Assembly (NCBI GenBank): GCA_014896305.1 | Contig: JADBKQ010000002.1 | Location: 65,670-129,669, forward strand | Source: Limnochordaceae bacterium | GTDB lineage: Bacteria > Bacillota > Limnochordia > Limnochordales > DUMU01 | Direction: 5' to 3' | DNA: 64,000 nt | Shown here: one piece after another, positions 56,279 to 63,840 of the stretch | How the letters are laid out: the number at the start of each line of letters is the position of its first letter | Position numbering within the stretch: the stretch's first letter is position 1 | Translations under genes and position numbers: made by a program | The notes under the pieces: generated by a model | What the model was told of the DNA's origin: nothing | The model's input: only the letters and a program-made list of their open reading frames with translations | Databases searched by the model: none

Positions 56279-56401
56279 ATGCACGATCGTCCGACCGAGA
56301 CTCCAGTTCTACTCCGAGATCCTGCAAAATTGGGGGCGCGGGCCATCGGGGAGGAGGAGCCGGCCGGGCAGGGTTGGCTGGCGGCACACCAGATTCATTG
56401 A
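56279..56401 (+). CDS. Candidate 40-aa small ORF (MHDRPTETPVLLRDPAKLGARAIGEEEPAGQGWLAAHQIH)
   Basis: A strong GGAGGGAGGG SD lies 5 nt before the ATG. There is no recognisable family. Codon bias is mixed, with low GC3 in the first half. Confidence 0.25.
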   Translation: MHDRPTETPVLLRDPAKLGARAIGEEEPAGQGWLAAHQIH

Positions 56402-56500
56402 CGCGCATACCCTAACGTTCCAATCCGCGTGAGGGACAAGGGCGACGCCATCTGCAGGCTGCTCGTCCGGTGGAATCCAGCGCAGAGGGGGGAGCCGCCC

Positions 56501-57379
56501 ATGGCGAGGGAGCGGGGAATGCTGGCAAGCGGGCAGTCCAGGCAGTCTGCTTGTGTCATTGGGATCTTCAGTGTCCAGGGAGGGGTCGGTAAGTCGCTGT
56601 TGGCAGCCAACCTCGCTGCCGGTCTGGCCGGCCTGCAGCCAGGGAAAGTAGGCCTGGTGGACTTCGACGTACGGGGTGGGGCGGGTCTGGCGGATCAGCT
56701 GGGGCTAACCCCCACGGTTACTCTCTTTGACTGGCTTTGCCATCCGCCTGGCGCTCAGGTTCGGCTCTGGGAATATTTCGTGTTCCACCGGTGCGGTTTT
56801 TGGCTGCTGGCTGGTACCCACGAGCCATATCGCCTGGCCCGCTTCTCTCCGCCAGAGATCGCAGCACGCATCGGAGAGCTGGGAGCCGCGTTCCGCTATT
56901 TGATCTTCGACCTGCCGCCGGGCCTGGACGATCTCACCATCACCTTGTTACGGCGATGCCAGCTAGTTTTTGTACCGATTCGCAGGGAGTCCGTGGATAC
57001 AGCAGCTGTTCGGTTCATGGTGCGTCACCTGGACTGGGCGGGCCTGGCGGCGGGTTGCCGCTGGGTCACGTGGGAATCGCCTCTTCCTGGGCGTTCCCTG
57101 AGGGTACGAACGTTGCCAGCCAGCATCGGACCAGTCCTGGTCTTGCCCTGGTCCCCGCTGGTGGTGGCAGAAGCGACGGCCTGCGGTCGCTTGCCCACTG
57201 AGCGGCCGTATACCGATCTGGGCCGGAGCTTACGGCAGTGGGCTGCCGAAGTGCATCAAGAAACTAACTCTGGCTACTTGCCATCGAGCCTGGTGCAAGA
57301 GGCGGCGGATACTCTCTCCCGTGGGGGAGCAGAGCGGGAACCCGTAGCCAACACCCCTTGCCTGAGCTGGAACTGCTAG
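56501..57379 (+). CDS. ParA/MinD-superfamily P-loop ATPase with a deviant Walker A lacking the signature lysine (QGGVGKS)
   Basis: Walker A 'VIGIFSVQGGVGKSLLAANLA', a Walker A'-like 'VGLVDFDVRGG', and a Walker B-like 'YLIFDLPPGLDD'. ATG 56501 lies 7 nt after GGGGGGAG. Confidence 0.7.
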   Translation: MARERGMLASGQSRQSACVIGIFSVQGGVGKSLLAANLAAGLAGLQPGKVGLVDFDVRGGAGLADQLGLTPTVTLFDWLCHPPGAQVRLWEYFVFHRCGFWLLAGTHEPYRLARFSPPEIAARIGELGAAFRYLIFDLPPGLDDLTITLLRRCQLVFVPIRRESVDTAAVRFMVRHLDWAGLAAGCRWVTWESPLPGRSLRVRTLPASIGPVLVLPWSPLVVAEATACGRLPTERPYTDLGRSLRQWAAEVHQETNSGYLPSSLVQEAADTLSRGGAEREPVANTPCLSWNC

Positions 57380-57449
57380 GTTGGGAAAAACGGCGAGTAA
57401 GGGAGAGCAACGGCAGCCCTGCGTCAGTTGGGGATTGGCGATAATGTAA

Positions 57450-57487
57450 GAAAAAGGCGGACTGCCTCGCGGCCCTCGCCCGCCTTA
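57450..57487 (-). terminator. Probable rho-independent terminator of rpmB
   Basis: On the minus strand AAGGCGG pairs with CCGCCTT and is followed by TTTTTC (the A-run at 57451-57455 on the plus strand). It lies about 60 nt downstream of the rpmB stop. Confidence 0.45.
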
Positions 57488-57544
57488 CCGGTACCCATTC
57501 ACCATGACTTTCCAATCTTAATGCGGCTATTCTTTCTTGATCGT

Positions 57545-57736
57545 TCAAACGGCGCGCACCACTTTGCCCGAACGCAGGCAACGGGTGCATACGAGCACAC
57601 GCCGAGTGGTACCCTCCTGCAGCATCCGCACCGGCTGCAGGTTGATCAACCAGCGCCGACGGGTCTTCACTTCAGAGTGGCTGACGTTGTTGCCGGAGGT
57701 CGGACCCCGCCCGCAGACCGCACACCGACGAGACAC
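57545..57736 (-). CDS. rpmB: 50S ribosomal protein L28
   Basis: 'SRRCAVCGRGPTSGNNVSHS..KTRRRWLINLQ.VR' matches L28 (Cys-containing form). The start is GTG 57736, 5 nt after AGGGGGGA. The upstream ATG at 57766 would add 10 non-homologous residues. Confidence 0.9.
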   Translation of the reverse strand: MSRRCAVCGRGPTSGNNVSHSEVKTRRRWLINLQPVRMLQEGTTRRVLVCTRCLRSGKVVRAV

Positions 57737-57962
57737 TGGAATCCCCCCTATCCTTGACTGATTCATGGTAACATGTTAGGCAGATACATACAAGCAATCA
57801 GCTGACACGCGCCCATTCTACCTCCTCTTAGCGAGGCGGGTGCGTTTAGCCCGTGGGCCCACAGTGCCTTATTGTATCATCGTTTGTCCGGCTACAGGAG
57901 ATTCTGGAACAAGGGCGAACTCAATGCCTGCGTTCAGGTTGGGGGAAACGGGAGGGGCTGCG

Positions 57963-58346
57963 GTGGAGGAGATCCAGGAACGCTTGGGAAGGGTGGAAAT
58001 CGCCAACGAAGTCATCGCCCAGGTCGCAGGGGCGGCCGCAGTGGGCAGTTACGGACTGATTGGCATGGCTGCCCGCAATGTGCAAGAGGGGATCGGTGAG
58101 TTGCTGGGCTGGGGGCAACTCGGCCGGGGGGTCGAGGTGCACGATAGCCCTAATGGAATCGTGGTGGATCTGCATATCGTGGTAGAGTACGGCGTGAAGA
58201 TCTCTGAAGTGGCGCACAACGTGATGCAACAAGTCCGCTATCAGCTGGAAGAGCTGCTGGGGATTACAGTGGCCAAAGTGAACGTACACGTAGAGGGCGT
58301 GCGTGTCAGTGCTCCACCCGCGGCCAATGGACGGGACGTTCGTTAA
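57963..58346 (+). CDS. Asp23/Gls24 family envelope-stress protein (YloU-like)
   Basis: 'IANEVIAQVAGAAAVGSYGLIGM...GVEV...IVVDLHIVVEYGVKISEVAHNVMQQVRYQLEELLGI.VAKVNVHVEGV'. The start is GTG 57963, 5 nt after GGGAGGGG. ATG 57924 is an alternative start. Confidence 0.85.
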   Translation: MEEIQERLGRVEIANEVIAQVAGAAAVGSYGLIGMAARNVQEGIGELLGWGQLGRGVEVHDSPNGIVVDLHIVVEYGVKISEVAHNVMQQVRYQLEELLGITVAKVNVHVEGVRVSAPPAANGRDVR

Positions 58347-60150
58347 AATGCAATGGTTTGGCGTAACTCATTTTCTGTCCGCTCTCTCATGGGGGGTGCG
58401 GCAACTCGGTCAAGAGCGGGAAAGCATCAACGCCCTGAATGTGTTTCCCGTTCCCGACGGTGACACGGGCACCAATATGTTCTTGACAGCCTCTCGGGCC
58501 CTGGAGGAGGCAACCGCGGCCGATCGTTCCCTGGCAACGTGCGCGCAAGCGGCTGCTCGGGGCGCGCTGATGGGGGCCAGGGGCAACTCGGGCGTCATCC
58601 TTTCGCAGTTTTTCCGCGGCTTTGCCCAAGGTTGTGCCGGCCGGCAGGAGCTGAGCCCGATTCAGCTGGCTGCGGCCATACGGGCGGCCACGGAGACCGC
58701 CTACCGGGCTGTGATCACACCCGTCGAAGGGACGATTCTCAGCGTTGGCAAGGGATTGGCCCGCGGCGCTGAGCGGGCGGCGTACACCGCTTCCTCCTGG
58801 CGGGAAGTGGTAACCGCCGCCTACCAGGCCGGGCAGGAAGCGTTGGCCCACACCCCGGAGCAGCTGCCTCTCCTGAAACGGGCCGGGGTGGTGGATGCAG
58901 GCGGCCAGGGACTACTTACACTCTTTCGGGGCCTCGTGGAGCTGGCAGAACATGAAGAGCAGCCCCTGGCGACCTTTGCTCCCGTTTTGCCGACACCGGC
59001 ACGGGAGAGTCTGGCGACGAACTCGCCGGCAGCCCCGGCTGCGGCTGAAACCCGCCCAGAGCCGTCGTCTCACCGGGGGATCGTGCGGACCGATCTCGTC
59101 TATCGCTACTGCACAGAGTTTCTGGTGCGTAACGCCCGCTGGTCGGCTCAACAGATCAAGGACAGGTTACAGCCGCTGGGGGACAGCCTCCTGGTGGTGG
59201 GTGATCCCTCTTTGTTCAAGATTCATGTTCACACCAACCACCCTGGAGAAGCCCTCGAGATTGCTCTTCAGGCCGGGGAAGAGTTGTCGGCCGTTCACAT
59301 CAACAACATGTCGGAACAAAACGAAGCCGCGGCAGCAAGCGCCGCCCATTCGCATCCCGACGCCGATCCCCCCAAGGCCGATCCACCCGGGAAAGAGGGG
59401 GACAACGCTCTGGAGAGGGGGGTACCGGCCAACGGGGCGTGGCCGCCGGTGCAAGCAAACCATTCGTCCACAGCCGCTTCCCCCGTCTCCGGCGCCCAAT
59501 GTGCGGCCATCGCCGTAGCGGCTGGCAGCGGGTTCGAAGAGATCTTGCGCAGCCTGGGGGTGGCTGAGGTAGTGTCGGGAGGCCAAACCATGAACCCATC
59601 CACGCAGGAGCTGCTGGATTCGATGAACCGGGCTCCTGCTCCATCGGTGGTGGTCTTGCCCAATAACAAGAACATCTTCCTCACGGCCAAGCAGGCAGCC
59701 CGTCTCAGTTCAAAGGAGGTACACGTACTGGATTCGACCAGTGTCCCCCAGGGAATCAGCGCTTTGCTGGCTTTCCGGCCGGATCTGCCGGCGGCGGAAA
59801 ACATCCGCCGGATGCGGAAACGTCTGGCTGAGGTGCGGACCGGTGCCATTACCTATGCCGTGAGGGATACGGAGGTGGACGGGCGAACGGTAAAAGCGGG
59901 TGACTACCTGTCCATCATCGATGGACAGGTAGTAGCAGGTAGTGCCCAGCTGGAACAGGCGGCTGAAGAGCTGCTGCGCCGGTTGGTGCAACGGAAGGAT
60001 CAGAGCGTCACGATTTACTGGGGGGAGGGGGTCGATTCGTCGCAGGTGGAGGTGGTGCGGCGGATCGCCCAGCAACAGGCGTCTGAGGGAGAAGTGGATG
60101 TCTATCCGGGCGGGCAACCCGTGTATTACTTCCTGATCGCGGTGGAGTGA
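58303..60150 (+). CDS. fakA: DAK2-domain protein (YloV / fatty-acid kinase FakA-like)
   Basis: 'MDGTFVKM...INALNVFPVPDGDTGTNM'. The start is GTG 58303 (GAGGG SD) or ATG 58327. At 615 aa it has long Ala/Pro-rich linkers. Confidence 0.9.
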   Translation: MSVLHPRPMDGTFVKMQWFGVTHFLSALSWGVRQLGQERESINALNVFPVPDGDTGTNMFLTASRALEEATAADRSLATCAQAAARGALMGARGNSGVILSQFFRGFAQGCAGRQELSPIQLAAAIRAATETAYRAVITPVEGTILSVGKGLARGAERAAYTASSWREVVTAAYQAGQEALAHTPEQLPLLKRAGVVDAGGQGLLTLFRGLVELAEHEEQPLATFAPVLPTPARESLATNSPAAPAAAETRPEPSSHRGIVRTDLVYRYCTEFLVRNARWSAQQIKDRLQPLGDSLLVVGDPSLFKIHVHTNHPGEALEIALQAGEELSAVHINNMSEQNEAAAASAAHSHPDADPPKADPPGKEGDNALERGVPANGAWPPVQANHSSTAASPVSGAQCAAIAVAAGSGFEEILRSLGVAEVVSGGQTMNPSTQELLDSMNRAPAPSVVVLPNNKNIFLTAKQAARLSSKEVHVLDSTSVPQGISALLAFRPDLPAAENIRRMRKRLAEVRTGAITYAVRDTEVDGRTVKAGDYLSIIDGQVVAGSAQLEQAAEELLRRLVQRKDQSVTIYWGEGVDSSQVEVVRRIAQQQASEGEVDVYPGGQPVYYFLIAVE

Positions 60151-60183
60151 GCAGGGACTGGTGGGCATGGAAGGGTGGGGGAG

Positions 60184-61032
60184 ATGGGGGAGCCGTCGTT
60201 TTGGGTGGTAACGGACAGTGCGGCTGACCTGCCAGTGCAGGTCGCCAAGCAGTGGGACATTCACGTGGTCCCACTTTGGGTGCAAATTGGCACGCGGGAG
60301 TACAGGGATGGGGTCGACCTGGACGCACCTGCGTTTTACAGGCTGATCACTCAGGGAGACCAGCTTCCGCACACGACCCAGCCCTCCCCCACCGATTTTG
60401 AACAGCTCTACCGGACTCTGTCGCCGACGCGTCCCATTCTCTCGATCCACTTGTCCTCGCAACTGAGCGGCACATTTCAGTCGGCCCGGCTAGCGGCCAG
60501 CTCACTGCCAGAGCTGGACATTCATCCCATCGACACGCAGTCCGCCTCCCTGGGAGTAGGACTACTGGCGGTGCGCGCCGCCCGACTGGCCCAACAGGGG
60601 ACGCCGGCCGCCGAGGCCGAGGCCAAGGTACGGCAGTGGGCCAGGCAACTCCAGGTGGTTTTTACGGTCCGCAGCCTAGAGTGGCTCCGACGCAACGGGC
60701 GAATCGGGCGGGCACAAGCCCTGGTGGGAGGGCTCCTGCATGTTCAGCCGGTGCTGGGCCTGGACGCGGGCGTCGTGGCGCCGCTAGAGCAGGTACGCAC
60801 GCGCGCTCGTGCTCTGCAGAGACTAGCGGAACTGGTACAGTCAGGGGCAGGGGCGCAGCCGGTGGAGGTCGGAATTGTCCATGGGGACTGCGCGGATGAG
60901 GCAGAGCAACTGTTCCGGCAGCTGCAAGAGCGGTTGACTGTCGCCGCTTCGCTGGTCACCTGGGCAGGGCCAACAATTGGTACGCATGCGGGCCCGGGTA
61001 CGATCGGGCTCATCGTTCTGCCCGCGTCATGA
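60184..61032 (+). CDS. DegV family fatty-acid-binding protein (FakB-like, adjacent to the DAK2 gene)
   Basis: 'FWVVTDSAADLPVQVAKQWDIHVVPLWVQIGTREYRDGVDL'. It is the second DegV paralogue in the window. Confidence 0.9.
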   Translation: MGEPSFWVVTDSAADLPVQVAKQWDIHVVPLWVQIGTREYRDGVDLDAPAFYRLITQGDQLPHTTQPSPTDFEQLYRTLSPTRPILSIHLSSQLSGTFQSARLAASSLPELDIHPIDTQSASLGVGLLAVRAARLAQQGTPAAEAEAKVRQWARQLQVVFTVRSLEWLRRNGRIGRAQALVGGLLHVQPVLGLDAGVVAPLEQVRTRARALQRLAELVQSGAGAQPVEVGIVHGDCADEAEQLFRQLQERLTVAASLVTWAGPTIGTHAGPGTIGLIVLPAS

Positions 61033-61661
61033 TGAGGGTGATCGCCGGCCGTCTGCGGGGCCGGACCATCCTTACGCCGCGGGGAGAACAGACCCGCCCC
61101 ACTCTGAGCCGGATCCGGCAGTCACTCTTTGACCGGATTCAGCCGGTGCTGGGCGGAGCGACTTGCCTGGACCTGTTTGCCGGCAGTGGAGCGCTGGGCA
61201 TCGAGGCGCTCAGCCGGGGTGCGGCCGCCTGCTGGTTTGTGGAGAAAGACCCCCGGGCGCTGGCCTGCCTGCGGGCGAACCTCGTCCGGCTGAGCCTGGT
61301 GGAGCAAGGACGGGTCCTGTCACGACCGGTGGAGCGTTTCTTGCGCTCACCAGCAGGGCTGAGGCGAGATGTCCGCTTTGATATCGTCTTTGCCGACCCT
61401 CCCTACCTGCGGGGGCTGGTTCAGCCTACTCTGCAAGGCTTATCGGTCTTTCCTGCGCTGGCAGCCGGAGCATGGCTGATCGTGCAACACAGCCCTCGAG
61501 AGGAGTTGGGCGTCATCCCCCCGAATATCGATTTGATCCGGTCTGATCGCTATGGCGAGACGGTCATCAGCCTGTTGCAGGTTAGACCAGAGGCCAGGAG
61601 GGCCCAGCATGAATCGGATCAACCTTCTTCTGTTACTGGATCGGCTGGAGGAGATGATTGA
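61029..61661 (+). CDS. rsmD: 16S rRNA (guanine966-N2)-methyltransferase
   Basis: Motifs 'MRVIAGRLRGR.I..P.G..TRPT', 'LDLFAGSGALGIEALSRGA' and 'VFADPPY'. There is an ATGA overlap with the degV stop. Confidence 0.88.
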   Translation: MMRVIAGRLRGRTILTPRGEQTRPTLSRIRQSLFDRIQPVLGGATCLDLFAGSGALGIEALSRGAAACWFVEKDPRALACLRANLVRLSLVEQGRVLSRPVERFLRSPAGLRRDVRFDIVFADPPYLRGLVQPTLQGLSVFPALAAGAWLIVQHSPREELGVIPPNIDLIRSDRYGETVISLLQVRPEARRAQHESDQPSSVTGSAGGDD

Positions 61662-62085
61662 CGGGAGCACTCGGGTACCGTTAACCGACAAGGCACTGGT
61701 CGACGGCGAAGAGGCTCTCGAATTGATTCGTAAAATCCGGGAGGCTTTGCCCGAGGAGGTTCGGCAGGCAGAATGGCTCTCCGCCGAACAAGAGCGGGTG
61801 TTGCAGCAGGGGCGGGCAGAGGCCGAGCGGATCCGCCAACAGGCCGAGGAGTACGCCAACCGCCTTGTAGGCGAGCATGAACTCGTCAAGGCTGCTCGCC
61901 TGCAATCGCAAAAGATCCTGGAGGAAGCCAACCAGCGGGCGGCGGCCGTACAAAAGGGTGCAAACGAGTATGTTGACAATACCCTGGGGGTGCTGGAGAG
62001 CCGATTAGAAAGGATCGGGGCGGAGATTGCCCATACTCTGCAGCAGATCCGGAACGGACGTGAGGAGCTGCGCAAGGGATCATGA
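61609..62085 (+). CDS. Conserved coiled-coil protein (ATP-synthase-subunit-b-like hypothetical, common in Clostridia)
   Basis: 'MNRINLLLLLDRLEEMIDGSTRVPLTDKALVDGEEALELIRKIREALPEEVRQAEW...'. ATG 61609 lies 8 nt after AGGAGGG. It overlaps the rsmD 3' end by 53 nt. Confidence 0.75.
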   Translation: MNRINLLLLLDRLEEMIDGSTRVPLTDKALVDGEEALELIRKIREALPEEVRQAEWLSAEQERVLQQGRAEAERIRQQAEEYANRLVGEHELVKAARLQSQKILEEANQRAAAVQKGANEYVDNTLGVLESRLERIGAEIAHTLQQIRNGREELRKGS

Positions 62086-62942
62086 GCGAGGCGATAGCAC
62101 CGCGGACTCCTCATGACCCCAAAGTCGGCCTGGTCTTGAGTGCCGGCGCGGCCCGGGGGCTTGCTCATATCGGGGTCTTGCAGGTATTGCGGGAGCAGGG
62201 GATGCCGGTGGATCTTGTGGTTGGCAGCAGCATGGGAGCGATCGTCGGGGCCCTGTTCTGCTATGGCCTGGATCTCCACTGGCTGGTCGGCTTGGCCAGC
62301 AGGCTCAACTGGCGCTTCCTGGTCCGGTTTACGCACCCCCGGGAGGCGCTGTTGAGGCCTAGCGGGCTGGAAGAACTGCTCCGTTTGTTGTTACGGGATG
62401 GATCATTTTCTCAGTTACGTTGTCCCCTGGCGGTGGTGGCGACCGATTTGTTGACGGGTCGACCCGTAGTGCTGCAGCAGGGGCCTCTCGTACCGGCCTT
62501 GATGGCGTCCGCCGCCATCCCCGGGATTTTTCCGCCGGTTCGACGGGAGGGCCAGGTGCTGGTGGATGGGGGAGTACTGCAGCGGCTGCCCGTGCGGCTC
62601 GCGCGGCAGCTCGGGGCCGAGTATGTGATCGCCGTGGACGTAGGTACCACGGAGCATGAGGCCAAGGTGCGAGGGATTCTCGATACCCTGCTGAGCACAC
62701 TGGATATCATGGAACGGGAGATCAGCCGCGTGGAGGTCGAGTCCGCGGATCTGCTAATCCGCCCCGAGTTGGGCGAGATAGGAGGGACCCGGCTCGACCA
62801 GGCAGAATGGTTGATCGAGCAAGGCCGACGAGCCGCCCAGGAGGTCATTCCCAGCCTGAAGGCGAGGTTGGCGAGGGATGCCGGCCAACCCGTGGTCGCT
62901 CCAGACCGGCGCGTTGACACTGGCAGAGGGGGCTCAGTATAA
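62082..62942 (+). CDS. Patatin-like phospholipase (YlbK-like)
   Basis: Oxyanion motif 'LSAGAARGLAHIGVL', nucleophile elbow 'GSSMG', and the catalytic Asp motif 'VDGGV'. There is an ATGA overlap with the upstream gene. Confidence 0.88.
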   Translation: MSEAIAPRTPHDPKVGLVLSAGAARGLAHIGVLQVLREQGMPVDLVVGSSMGAIVGALFCYGLDLHWLVGLASRLNWRFLVRFTHPREALLRPSGLEELLRLLLRDGSFSQLRCPLAVVATDLLTGRPVVLQQGPLVPALMASAAIPGIFPPVRREGQVLVDGGVLQRLPVRLARQLGAEYVIAVDVGTTEHEAKVRGILDTLLSTLDIMEREISRVEVESADLLIRPELGEIGGTRLDQAEWLIEQGRRAAQEVIPSLKARLARDAGQPVVAPDRRVDTGRGGSV

Positions 62943-63505
62943 TGAACCCAGTCTCTTCCCTGACGGTGGATGTGGGTCGGATCCGGGACGTCGTGGGCGC
63001 GTCGCTTTCGTTTGCCGTGCGTGCTCCGGCGGCAGAGCTTCTGGCCGATCGTGCCGACCTGCATTGGCGGGGAGAGGTGGAGGCGGCAGGGCAGGTAATC
63101 AACGAAGAGGAGATCTTGCATGTCGTCGGCAGCGTGCAGGCACAGGCAGAAGCGCTCTGCGCTCGTTGCCTGGCGCCAGTGCCAGTAACGCTTGTTTCTC
63201 CTTTAGACGAGGAGTACCGTTCTAGCCGTGCAGCTGGCTCCCCCTTTCCTGGAAAGACAAGGAATTTTGACGGGGAGGTTCGGTCTTACCGCGGGGATGA
63301 GCTGGACCTGACTGAGCCGGCGGTAGAAGCTATCTGGGTGGCCGTGCCTTTGCGAACACTGTGCCGGCCCGATTGTCGTGGGCTTTGCTTGCAGTGTGGA
63401 AAAAACCTCAATGAAGATTCCTGTGCGTGCCAGCCGCCGACGTCGGGAGTGGGGGTGTGGCAGGCTGCCTTGTTGGAGTGGGAACACAGGAAGCGGGGTG
63501 AGTGA
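62942..63505 (+). CDS. yceD: DUF177 / YceD family large-subunit rRNA accumulation protein
   Basis: Cys motifs 'CARCL' and 'CRPDCRGLCLQCGKNLNEDSCAC'. It lies immediately upstream of rpmF, as in most bacteria. Confidence 0.88.
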   Translation: MNPVSSLTVDVGRIRDVVGASLSFAVRAPAAELLADRADLHWRGEVEAAGQVINEEEILHVVGSVQAQAEALCARCLAPVPVTLVSPLDEEYRSSRAAGSPFPGKTRNFDGEVRSYRGDELDLTEPAVEAIWVAVPLRTLCRPDCRGLCLQCGKNLNEDSCACQPPTSGVGVWQAALLEWEHRKRGE

Positions 63506-63703
63506 ATGGGCAACCCGAAGAAGCGGCATTCCCGGACTCGCCGGGACATGCGCCGCAGCCAGTGGCGTTTAGCTACGCCAACCCTGGTCGAATGCCCGCA
63601 ATGCCATAATGTGAAACTGGGGCACGCGATCTGCCCGCATTGCGGCTGGTATAAAGGGCGTACCGCCTTGGTGGTGGCGACGAGGGGCGAAAAAGAGGAG
63701 TAA
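63506..63703 (+). CDS. rpmF: 50S ribosomal protein L32
   Basis: 'GNPKKRHSRTRRDMRRS' and the zinc ribbon 'CPQCHN...CPHCG'. Confidence 0.93.
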   Translation: MGNPKKRHSRTRRDMRRSQWRLATPTLVECPQCHNVKLGHAICPHCGWYKGRTALVVATRGEKEE

Positions 63704-63722
63704 CCATTTTGGTAGCTGTCCC

Positions 63723-63763
63723 GGGGGAGGGGAACGTTGGGATAGTAGACGCTCCCCTTTTTT
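63723..63763 (+). terminator. Rho-independent terminator after rpmF
   Basis: The stem pairs GGGGAG with CTCCCC, with inner CGT/ACG pairs, and is followed by TTTTTT (63758-63763). Confidence 0.6.
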
Positions 63764-63840
63764 CCGATTCCGGTTTAGCACCTACTCATATCACTGACTG
63801 ATGAGGTTCGTGATCCGAGCGCACGAGCTCAACTCTCCGG

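Noticed and set aside
57767-57923. Searched the rpmB-asp23 gap for a SpoVM-like 26-aa ORF, as spoVM lies near rpmB in B. subtilis
   Set aside because: The only ORFs are a 10-codon one (MLGRYIQAIS) and the spurious N-terminal extension of the asp23 frame. Nothing resembles an amphipathic SpoVM.
63775-63791. FapR operator upstream of fapR
   Set aside because: TTAGCACC matches 7/8 positions of the left half of the remembered B. subtilis FapR box (TTAGTACCAGGTACTAA), but the right half does not match (10/17 overall). A half-site alone is not sufficient.
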